Origin: Andalucia godoyi And28
Taxonomy: Eukaryota > Protista > Jakobida
Direction of reading: 5' to 3'
Length of the DNA: 64,000 nt
NCBI GenBank assembly: GCA_009859145.1
Contig: VRVR01000042.1
Span: 62,001 to 126,000, forward strand
Below are positions 7,209 through 16,162 of the stretch, in pieces. Position 1 is the first letter of the stretch, and every line of letters begins with the position of its first letter. The translations under genes and the position numbers were made by a program. Under the pieces are notes generated by a model that saw only the letters and a list, made by a program, of their open reading frames with translations, searched no databases and was not told where the DNA came from.

Positions 7209-9992
7209 ATGACGAATGGAGGTGATTTGATGGTTGGAGAAAAGTTTGCGTCCAACATGCTTCCGCCGACTGCGCATTCGCAGACTGTTGAGCCTCGGTC
7301 ACTGTTTAATGCGTACTTGGCGGCATGTTCCGAGAACAATGCTGTTGCAATTGAGCGGGTAGCTGCGCAGCTTGAATCGAGTGTTGATCAAAACACTCCC
7401 TTGGACAATCTTGACCTTTCGTCGCTTTCGATCCAGTCGATGCGGGACATGAAGCCGCTGTGTGCGCTTATTCTCTCGAATCCATATTTGCTCAAGGTGG
7501 ACCTGTCGAACCTGGAGCTTCCGAAACTTGATTGCTGGTTCGATATCGCAAAGGCAATCGCACAGAATGGAACTGTTCGGAACATTGTGCTCGATAATTC
7601 GACACAGCTGAACGCAAAGTCAGTTCTCAAGTTTTTCGACATCCTCGAGCGAGATTATGAGAAGATCGGGCAGACGCTCCAGTCTGTGCACTTGGTTGGT
7701 CTGTCGCTCCACGCTTCAAAGTCTCTCTCTAGGAAATTAAGAACAGTGCCTATCTTCTCTCTTCATATCGACAATGCACAGTTTGACTTGTCGACGTATT
7801 TGGAGAAGCTGGACGCATCCCAGTTTGAATTGAAAACAGATTCGTCAGGGGCCATCCAAAACTCTCGTGCACCCATTTCCCTGCTGTCGAAGATCAGTGC
7901 TGCAAAAAACGACTTTTCACATGCAGACGCATCGCCGATTTCGAAACTCTTGAGCTTAAGCACGTGTCTTGTGTCGCTTGATTTGAGAGACAACTACATT
8001 GCCGATAGCGGTGCGGTGCTGCTTGCACAGGGCCTTTTGCAGAATTCTGGTCTCGCTTATCTTTCTTTGTGGAACAACAGGGTTGGGAGGGACGGCTTAA
8101 CAGCAATTTTGGAGAACACCATGACCCATCCAACGCTGACTACGTTGGAACTCGGCTGCAACGACTGCTCGTGGGACACAGATGGTGAAGTCGTCAAGCG
8201 GTATCTGTGCACGAACCGGAAGATTGGCTTTTTGGGTCTTGCGTGCTGCAAAATTCATGATGCGGTGCAGTCCATCTCTGTTGCCGAAGGCGTAGCAGAC
8301 TGCCGATCATTGTGGGGAATCGATTTGCGGGAAAACTCCCTGGGCGGCATTGCCGGATTCATGGCTCTCTTCAAGGCTGTCGAAGTCGCAATGAACGATG
8401 CGGACCTAGAAAAGCGCGTTCGTCTGGAGCAGTGTGCGCTGACGTATCAGGAGGGCACAGAGGAAGAAGAGTGGGTCCGCAAAATTGAAGAGCGCGTAAT
8501 GAGCGCAACTTCGCCTCGGTCCGCGGACGGTGATGCCGCAGAAGGCCAAGTCAACCAGGAGGAGACGCATCGAAGGACCTCTTTGCAACGAGTTGCTCCT
8601 GCCGGCTCGGCATCCAATGAGTCGCCGGTTTCCCATTCTGACTCTTCCGAAAGTGTAGAGTCGGAGGAGTCCTTTGAAAGCGCTGAGAATCTTGAGGAAG
8701 CGAATGATCGTGCAGAAATCGATGTGCAGGGTGGCGCCGTCGTGGAGAATGCGTCCCATGCACCAGTTGTTGCACACGAGTCTCTCGGGGATGCTGCTCC
8801 GATTGCGACTTCCCAAGCGCCGGTCTCTGCTGTGCAGCAGCCCGCTGTCGCTCAGAGTACTGCTGCTGTTGCACCGGCTGATGAAGATCAGATGAGTGTC
8901 GGTGATGAGCTGTCTGCCGAGGAAGTCCCGACTTCCAATTTGGACATGAGCTTTGAAGAGTCACGGGCTCAGCAATTTCACGTGGACGAAGAGGCGGCGG
9001 CTGAATCGATCTCTCCAAACAAGGCTGACGAGGAAGAGCAAGAAGTCGTCGAGCAGAAACAAGATGTTCCAGTCGTCCCCGAATTCCAATTGGAAACAGA
9101 CCCGGTTGCGGGGCATGTGGACACCAATTCTGAAGACAGTGGACAACAGATTTCTGTTCCTGCGGATGATCTTCCCGCGTCTGCACCGGTGCATGATGCA
9201 CACGACAGATCGGTTGCTGCGGCGGACTTTGTGGCAGCAGCCCAAGTTTCCGAGAACAACGCGGAACCAATGCACGCGACGGACACTCCTGAGGAGGCCG
9301 TCCCCGCGTTAGAAGGCATTGCGAAAATGGACGAGACCGTTCAGGATGAAGCGAACACCAATCCTGCAGAAGATCAGTTCCCGGCTGCAGAAGCCGCACG
9401 CGAATCATTGCCTCAAGAACCCGAGAGCCAACACTCGTCTCTAGAACAACCGACGACCATTGAAGAGCAATCCGTGAACGCAGCTGCTGAACACGAATCT
9501 CAAAGTGCGGCGAACACCAATGATCCTTTTGGCGACGTTTCTGTCCCGTCTGCTGAATTCGGCTCGTCAAACACCGAAGCTTCCACCGATGCTACGGATC
9601 CTTTTGGATTTGAAATTCCGCCGCCCCAACTCCGTTCGGAAAACGCATTTAATGACGCATTTGATCCTGCTCCGGCCAGCACAGCGGCAGCAGCAACAGC
9701 AGATTCGTCCGCATCCATTGATGACATGTTTGCTGGACTGTCAACGCAGTCTGTGACTTCCTCGTCGAATCCGTTTGAGGAAGACCCAAGTAAGAACGAA
9801 TTCAGCGAGAAGGACAATGCTGCTTCGCCAGCGTCCTCGTTGTCTGCTGGCGAGCAGAGCCTGCCAGAGGCAGATTTGTTTGACTTTGGAGATTCGAGAG
9901 TTCACTCTGCTCCGCCTGCGGCAACTGAGCACGACGTTTCTGCGTCAGAAGTGAAGCCGGCGGAAGGAGATCTGTTTGACTTTTTGCAATAA
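7209..9992 (+). CDS. RNI-type leucine-rich-repeat protein with long acidic disordered tail
   Basis: LRRs such as LVSLDLRDNYIADSGAVLLA, LAYLSLWNNRVGRDG, LTTLELGCN, LWGIDLRENSLG. The C-terminal ~500 aa are E/D/S/A-rich with DPF/NPF/DLF motifs. Confidence 0.85.
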   Translation: MTNGGDLMVGEKFASNMLPPTAHSQTVEPRSLFNAYLAACSENNAVAIERVAAQLESSVDQNTPLDNLDLSSLSIQSMRDMKPLCALILSNPYLLKVDLSNLELPKLDCWFDIAKAIAQNGTVRNIVLDNSTQLNAKSVLKFFDILERDYEKIGQTLQSVHLVGLSLHASKSLSRKLRTVPIFSLHIDNAQFDLSTYLEKLDASQFELKTDSSGAIQNSRAPISLLSKISAAKNDFSHADASPISKLLSLSTCLVSLDLRDNYIADSGAVLLAQGLLQNSGLAYLSLWNNRVGRDGLTAILENTMTHPTLTTLELGCNDCSWDTDGEVVKRYLCTNRKIGFLGLACCKIHDAVQSISVAEGVADCRSLWGIDLRENSLGGIAGFMALFKAVEVAMNDADLEKRVRLEQCALTYQEGTEEEEWVRKIEERVMSATSPRSADGDAAEGQVNQEETHRRTSLQRVAPAGSASNESPVSHSDSSESVESEESFESAENLEEANDRAEIDVQGGAVVENASHAPVVAHESLGDAAPIATSQAPVSAVQQPAVAQSTAAVAPADEDQMSVGDELSAEEVPTSNLDMSFEESRAQQFHVDEEAAAESISPNKADEEEQEVVEQKQDVPVVPEFQLETDPVAGHVDTNSEDSGQQISVPADDLPASAPVHDAHDRSVAAADFVAAAQVSENNAEPMHATDTPEEAVPALEGIAKMDETVQDEANTNPAEDQFPAAEAARESLPQEPESQHSSLEQPTTIEEQSVNAAAEHESQSAANTNDPFGDVSVPSAEFGSSNTEASTDATDPFGFEIPPPQLRSENAFNDAFDPAPASTAAAATADSSASIDDMFAGLSTQSVTSSSNPFEEDPSKNEFSEKDNAASPASSLSAGEQSLPEADLFDFGDSRVHSAPPAATEHDVSASEVKPAEGDLFDFLQ

Positions 9993-10110
9993 TGAATAAC
10001 GTTATTACCTATTTTCATGTATACATACATATTATGGAGCGCCTCTCTTTTTATGAATGTCGGAAGGAAAAAGACAATGACAATGGTACGAATTTATGAT
10101 CCAGTGTTTT

Positions 10111-11514
10111 CTACGATTTCGAGACTGCGGAGTGAGAAGCAGACGTGATGTGACAGCTTTCTTGGTAATCGTCGATATCCGGATCAGCTATCCGGATGAA
10201 ATCATCGGGATGCTTGCGGAAGTAGGGAATGGTGCACAAAAGGGCTGCAAAGAGCAGCACTCCAGAAACAGTCCACACCAGCCATGGCAGCGATGGCCGG
10301 AGGGAAACGGAAAAGGCAAAAATGCCGGACATGATAAGTATGCCAAACCCTTGAGCAACGAGCGCAACGGCCAGTCCGCCGGATAGAATCTCAGCCTGCC
10401 GCGACGGAGTGATCTGTCGGGACACAATGGCAAGGTACGCCGGATACGCAAACATGATGAATCCAAACAGAAATACAAACAGAAAATACACAAGCAATGT
10501 TGAAGCAGCAGAACACCCAAAGGAGGCCAGTGCACCGCAGCACAGACCCAGTTGAAGCACAAATCGTTCCGACGTCTTCTTGCAAATCCATGGAGAAACC
10601 GCCGACGAAAACACGGCAACGGATGCCCACAAAACGAGCGACATTCCGTACTCGGATACGGAAGCATCATAGCGCTCTACCATGTAAAAGTATGAAATGG
10701 AATTGAAGCACGCCAGGGCCATCGCAACCACGATAAGAATGAACAGCACACCAGAAATGAATGGCGTTGTAAACAGAATTTGAAATGATCCAACAGGGTT
10801 CGCTTTCTTCCAGTCAATGGGCCTTCGCTTGTGTGACTGCAAGGTTTCTCTGACAAACACCAACAGGAAGACCACGAGCAGCAGCTCGATGCCAGCACTG
10901 ATGAGCATGAGCACATTGAAAGAATATGACGTACTTGCAAGCAAGCCTCCAGAAAACGCACCCAGGATAATGGCAACTGCATTTCCAAAGACTGTCAACG
11001 CTCCGTAGTACGACGATCGATCATCCGGCGTGCTGATATCCGCCATTACGGACTGCGCAGACGGCTGGAATCCGCCGCAAAAGCCTTGGATGGATCGTCC
11101 GATAAACACGAAAAAAACGGTAGACTTTGATAAAACGAGAGACGCCAAGCAAGCGTCCGCAAACATTCCAAATGCCCCAAGCAGCAGCATCTTTTTCCTG
11201 CCGAAGCGGTCCGCCCAAACGCCCATCAGCGGCAGAAACGCAAACTGCAGGAAAATGTTGATGGCAGAGATCGACGCGAAAACAATTGTTGCCTCACTTG
11301 TGGACGAATATACGGACCTGATAAGAGCCGGAAGAAGAGTCGTGTAGATGACTTGTCCGTAAATGTACAAAAACGATGAAAAGTGAAATCGACCTCCAAG
11401 CCACGTTGCTTTCCAGAAGCTCACGGGTTGTCTGTGATTCAGGTCTCGGGCTTCGGTTTGTGGAGCATCCATCAGACCGCCACTGCTGTTCGCATCGCAG
11501 TACGAATCCGCCAT
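10111..11514 (-). CDS. MFS transporter (DHA1/TetA-like)
   Basis: About 12 hydrophobic segments, motif A GVWADRFGRK, GRSIQGFCGG, ADISTPDDRSSYYG. ATG at 11514. Confidence 0.9.
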   Translation of the reverse strand: MADSYCDANSSGGLMDAPQTEARDLNHRQPVSFWKATWLGGRFHFSSFLYIYGQVIYTTLLPALIRSVYSSTSEATIVFASISAINIFLQFAFLPLMGVWADRFGRKKMLLLGAFGMFADACLASLVLSKSTVFFVFIGRSIQGFCGGFQPSAQSVMADISTPDDRSSYYGALTVFGNAVAIILGAFSGGLLASTSYSFNVLMLISAGIELLLVVFLLVFVRETLQSHKRRPIDWKKANPVGSFQILFTTPFISGVLFILIVVAMALACFNSISYFYMVERYDASVSEYGMSLVLWASVAVFSSAVSPWICKKTSERFVLQLGLCCGALASFGCSAASTLLVYFLFVFLFGFIMFAYPAYLAIVSRQITPSRQAEILSGGLAVALVAQGFGILIMSGIFAFSVSLRPSLPWLVWTVSGVLLFAALLCTIPYFRKHPDDFIRIADPDIDDYQESCHITSASHSAVSKS

Positions 11515-11829
11515 CGATTCTCCGTGTGCGTATTGGAGAGTACAAAAAGGAAAGGGAGATATATATATATATATAAATGATAAACTACAAATTAAAAATG
11601 AAAATAATGAATTTATTATATATTTTTTTAATAACAACACACAGACTTTGTGCCGCAGTGCATTTGATGCAAGAACAAATCCTTTTTTGGAAGACCGCTG
11701 ATTTATAACACGTCATTGTCATGCATACGGAAGGAAGCACACACATAAACAGACACGATCGATACTGGCCGACACCAGCACGTTTGTTTTCACTGGGAAC
11801 TCGTGCTTACGCACGCTCGGCCAAAATTC

Positions 11830-12146
11830 AGCCTGCGACACCAGTTCGAGACATCTCAGATGGTACTCAAACATCATCGTCGAATCCGCTGCAAGACTGC
11901 CAATCCCAGCAACGTTTGTTCCGTAAGACGACCGAGTATCGCGAGCGGCGGAAGCAAAATGTTTGCATGTCCCGCGTGTAGCTCGCACATTGATCGAGAT
12001 TGGGAACGGAGCGCGGAGCATTTATATGAAGAACGCCGTGAGGCGTGTTAAGATCTATCCCCTTCCCTGGCAACGGGGTGCAAGGATTGAATATGCATGT
12101 CCATTCGTAGATATGCATGTTCAGTGCATAATGTAGGCGTTGCAAG
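11830..12146 (+). mobile_element. Degenerate, internally deleted Fanzor2/TnpB-like relic C
   Basis: FETSQMVLKHHRRIRCKTA / QQRLFRKTTEYR / GGSKMFACPACSSHIDRDW / NGARSIYMKNA, followed by the shared 3' segment ending aatgtaggcgttgcaag. Confidence 0.85.
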
Positions 12147-12458
12147 CAAAACTGATTAGCCCACCCTTGCAAGACATGAGTGCCCGCTTCCGCTCTACGG
12201 CCATCACGCCCCATCAACTGCCAAAAAAAACCATCCGCCCCGCTCGTTTTTCTTTTTCCCGAAACTGCCGGAGAAGTCGGGGATTCTCGCTTCTCGAACG
12301 GAAGTCCAAAAATGCGTACTCGACCACTATTGATGTTTTTGAACCGCCAAGAAGACGTCCTTTTCGTAGTCCAAGTTTTCCAACGAGGCGGAAGAAAGAA
12401 AGAAAGGAAAAAGAAGAGAAAGCAGGAACAGCAGTAAGGCGAAAGAGCAAATATACGT

Positions 12459-13991
12459 ATGGAACACAACGACCCGGCAGCAGCGAGCGGCGATGGTTCG
12501 GAGAAAGGGAAGGTTGCTGAAGTAGAGGACGTTTTGGTGGTGTTGGGAGCGAATGAGAACTCGATGGTCTCCAACCATGACGGACCGGACTTTGTGATTA
12601 CCTCGTCGTGCGAAGAATCAGTGGGAAACAACAAGGCTGTGAAGCTGGCAAATGGTGAAATCGGCGATATCCAGCAGGAAGATGAGGACGGTCACGATGA
12701 AAATCACTGCTCGACTGCTCGAGACTCGTCAATGGCACTCATGCCGCTTGCGGATATCTCGTCGTATTCTCTGCATCAACACTCCAATTGTAAGATTTCC
12801 GAGTTGGACAACAAAATCGACTGCGAATGCGACTGCGAAAGAAAAATGGACAGGAATGAGCGTGGGCAGTCTTCTGCTGCGGACTCGAGTCGTACGGCCA
12901 GGTTGCACAAGATCTTATTTACTGTATTTCTGTACATTTGCTTGACGATCGCAGTGGTTTTTTGCGCATCATCTGGTATCGTGATCAAGATGCTGCAGGA
13001 TAAAGGATACTCCAGCATGCTGAGCATGGCCTGGCGCTTCCAAATCATGTTAATTGTCTTTGTGCCGTGCGCAGTGATCTTTGTGCGTTCGTTTCCACCC
13101 AACTATTTTCACTGGAGGACCGTTGCTCGTCTGTTTGGGATTGGAGCTTGCTTCTGGTTCTGGGTTGCAACGTGGGCATTTTCTCTCAACTACACCACAG
13201 TGACACTGTCGTTTGTGTTTACGAGTTGTCACGTTATTTTCATTGTTGTTTGGAGGAAGATCAGTCGCCAGCCGGTTTCGTGGGGAGAGATCATCGGTGC
13301 TGTCATTGGGTTTATCGGGCTCATTCTAAGTACTCTCGAGTCACTGATGGCGTCTGGGTCTGGCGATGGAACTCGAGTGCTGATCGGGAATTTGATCGCG
13401 CTCTCAGGCTCGATTGTCGGAGTCGCATACTTCCAGCAGCTGTCCTTTCGCGCACAGATTCCGTTCTTCCACTTTGTAATCCCTGTGCAGCTCACGGTTT
13501 GTGTGCTGTTCACGGTGTTTGCCTGTGCGGCGGAGGGCTATTCTGCAGAAGCAATTGGTGAGTGGACCGACCCGAACATTGTGCTGTACACGCTTTTCCT
13601 GGGTTTGGTGACTGGGGTTGCGGGCATTGGAATTTACCAAGTGATTAGCAGATACATTTCTTCAGTAGTGATTGCAGTTTCGACTTTGCTGCAGACAATT
13701 GCAGCAACGTTTTTGGCTTGGTGGCTTGGTGTGGAGCCCAATCCTACCGCGCTTGTCTGGACTGGATCAGTTGTCATGATTTTTGGCTGCTCCGTTGTTA
13801 TATACTATTCGAACAAACTCAGTCAGCTGCAAAGCGCTTCTGCAGGCCCGTCTGCTGCGGATGGCCAGCATTCCGTCCTGGCAGCGTCGGACAAGGTGGA
13901 CTCGAAAATGGACGCCAATGTGTCTCCTGAGCAAATGCAAGACAGTGAGCAGCGCGATAGCAGAGCCACCGATGCAGCGATTGCGGAGTAA
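12459..13991 (+). CDS. EamA/DMT superfamily transporter
   Basis: About 10 TM segments in two EamA repeats: AWRFQ, SLNYTTVTLSFVFTSCHVIF, GNLIALSGS, LLQTIAATFLAWWLG. Confidence 0.88.
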   Translation: MEHNDPAAASGDGSEKGKVAEVEDVLVVLGANENSMVSNHDGPDFVITSSCEESVGNNKAVKLANGEIGDIQQEDEDGHDENHCSTARDSSMALMPLADISSYSLHQHSNCKISELDNKIDCECDCERKMDRNERGQSSAADSSRTARLHKILFTVFLYICLTIAVVFCASSGIVIKMLQDKGYSSMLSMAWRFQIMLIVFVPCAVIFVRSFPPNYFHWRTVARLFGIGACFWFWVATWAFSLNYTTVTLSFVFTSCHVIFIVVWRKISRQPVSWGEIIGAVIGFIGLILSTLESLMASGSGDGTRVLIGNLIALSGSIVGVAYFQQLSFRAQIPFFHFVIPVQLTVCVLFTVFACAAEGYSAEAIGEWTDPNIVLYTLFLGLVTGVAGIGIYQVISRYISSVVIAVSTLLQTIAATFLAWWLGVEPNPTALVWTGSVVMIFGCSVVIYYSNKLSQLQSASAGPSAADGQHSVLAASDKVDSKMDANVSPEQMQDSEQRDSRATDAAIAE

Positions 13992-14619
13992 CGCTGCGTC
14001 TTGTAATATCTCGGTGTCTTTTCACGTTGATTTTCACTGTCTCGCCTTTTGTCCGTCTTATAGTGGTGGTGATGCTGGTCTTTTGCAGCGTCTGCGTGTC
14101 TTTTGTTTCAATTGCAGAGAGTATTTGTTTGTGCGTTTTTCTTTGGCCTCACCTCGGCTTACAGTTTCTTTTAAAATTCGTGCATTGTAGCGCATATATA
14201 TATATAAATGTGTGTGTGTGTGTGTGTCCATTACCATCGTTTTCCCACAGCATCAATCGTTTTGCAAATTTCATGCACAGAGGAGTAGTTGAAAAGAAGT
14301 GAGAAGGTAAATCACCGAGAACACGCACAAAAGAAGCAAATGAATTCTGGCAAAAAAAAATGCCGTTGCCACTTATTGCGATATGATGAAGCGATCTAAA
14401 GCGCACGCAAACAGAACCACTGCCACGCGCCATGCGCATGCGTCTGCTATCTTGACAGCTCCGTCACACGATGCCCGATTCGTTTCGCCCCATTTTGATC
14501 ACTAAATCCCTATACACACGCCCCCGCGTTGCATTCTCACACAGCGACGCTCTTTTCTTATTTTTATTGTCCATGCAATGCACCATGTAAGTCACGCCCG
14601 GAACGCTGCGCAAGACCCG

Positions 14620-15032
14620 TGACAATCTCCACCGCCACCTTCCAGCGCTGGGCCGCCGCCAGGAAAGATCGCCAAGGCGACAACTGCGCGGCTGCGCTAC
14701 TCGACGAGACGCGCGAATTCGCGGGGCGGCAGGTGTCGATTGTGACTTGTGACGGAGGAGTACACGTCTAAAGCGTGCGGCCGTTGCGGGGGGAAATGCA
14801 TCGCAAGGTGTATGGCAAGGTGTGTTTTGTTGCCCATCGTGCAAATGCACGGTCGACCGCGATTGGAACGGCGCGCGCAACATCTACATCTATCTTAGGA
14901 ACGTCTCTCATGCCGAGGGGCGTGTTGGGGCCTACCCCCTTCCCAATCATGATATGCATGTTGGGTTGCATCATTGATTATGGGGAGTGATTAGCGATGA
15001 TTATCCGTGTTTAGCGTACAGTGTAGGCGTTC
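14620..15032 (+). mobile_element. Degenerate Fanzor2/TnpB-like relic B
   Basis: LLDETREFAGRQVSIV / VTEEYTSKACGRCG / FCCPSCKCTVDRDWNGARNIYI, with a perfect RuvC-III motif, followed by the shared 3' segment ending agtgtaggcgttc. Confidence 0.9.
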
Positions 15033-15060
15033 TACTGAAAAAAAATCCCGTCAGATGCAT

Positions 15061-16005
15061 TCATCTGGATGTAGCAGAGCAATTAACACTTGTTGTGGTT
15101 ACGTAATCCCCCCAGTTATAATCATGCTCGCGCACGATGCCCTTGTTCGTAACCAACATTTTGTTGGCAGACCATTGCAGCAAGGAACTAGGGCCGTGAA
15201 ATGACTCGCGACCACTTTCTGCCACGATCTTCCAGTCTTGCATATCAAGTAAAAAGACAGAGCCACGGAATATGTCGCAAACGCCAAGCAACTCCGTGCC
15301 GTCGGGGGTCGACCAGAATGCAATATCGTCGAACATGGTTTCCTCCAAATGGAACACCTCAGATGCTGCCGTTGCTCTTCCAGACGCAGGATCAACGTCC
15401 AATCTCACAATTTTTCCAATGTCTGTGGCAAACAGCTTTCCATCTTGGTATTTCAGACCATTCGGATGCATAACCATGGGTTTGGCTGCAGCTTGTTCAA
15501 CAAGCGAGACGTTGCCAGTCTCATCAAGAGTTACAACTAGGACTTGACCCCCCGAAATCAAAGAGTCGTACTGAGAGTCGGCAATCCAAAGCCGACTGAG
15601 CCCGTCTGTCGCAACTCCGTTCGGCAGTGACACCGATTTTCCAAACGTATGAATTTTCTGAAAAGAAGGAAGTCTCCCAGAGGCAATGACGCTGTCCACA
15701 TCATGCTCAATCGATACATACAAGTCGCTTTCTGAAACTGCATACAGGCGAGACTGGATGAAGGACATTCCCAGCATGTACGTGTTCTCATCGAGCAATG
15801 GAATTTGCGGCTGACCTGTCGGAATGTAATACAGGTTGTCTCCGCCCGTAACGAACAGGTTTTTGCGCGGAGACAAGATTGAATTTTCAGCATCGTACAG
15901 CTTCTCTGCAATTTTCACAGTGTCGGAAAACGAACATGCAGCCTCCGCGAATGAAGCAGCAATGAGGAAAAAACAGGCGACAGCATATAAAGTCGAGGCT
16001 ACCAT
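15061..16005 (-). CDS. Secreted six-bladed beta-propeller (SMP-30/gluconolactonase/NHL-like)
   Basis: Signal peptide; repeated PNGVATDG..RLWIADS, PNGLKYQDGKLFATD, FDDIAF, GPSSL blades. Confidence 0.75.
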   Translation of the reverse strand: MVASTLYAVACFFLIAASFAEAACSFSDTVKIAEKLYDAENSILSPRKNLFVTGGDNLYYIPTGQPQIPLLDENTYMLGMSFIQSRLYAVSESDLYVSIEHDVDSVIASGRLPSFQKIHTFGKSVSLPNGVATDGLSRLWIADSQYDSLISGGQVLVVTLDETGNVSLVEQAAAKPMVMHPNGLKYQDGKLFATDIGKIVRLDVDPASGRATAASEVFHLEETMFDDIAFWSTPDGTELLGVCDIFRGSVFLLDMQDWKIVAESGRESFHGPSSLLQWSANKMLVTNKGIVREHDYNWGDYVTTTSVNCSATSR

Positions 16006-16162
16006 CCTTTATGCGAATTATCAGGGTCACCGTCGAAAAAGGGTAACAAGAAAACAAGAAAACAAGAAAACAAGAAAACAAGAGAAAAAGAGAAAAAGAG
16101 AAAAAGAAAAAAAGAGAAAAAGAGAAAGAAAGAGGGAAACACGGTGTTGTAGTACAGACTTT

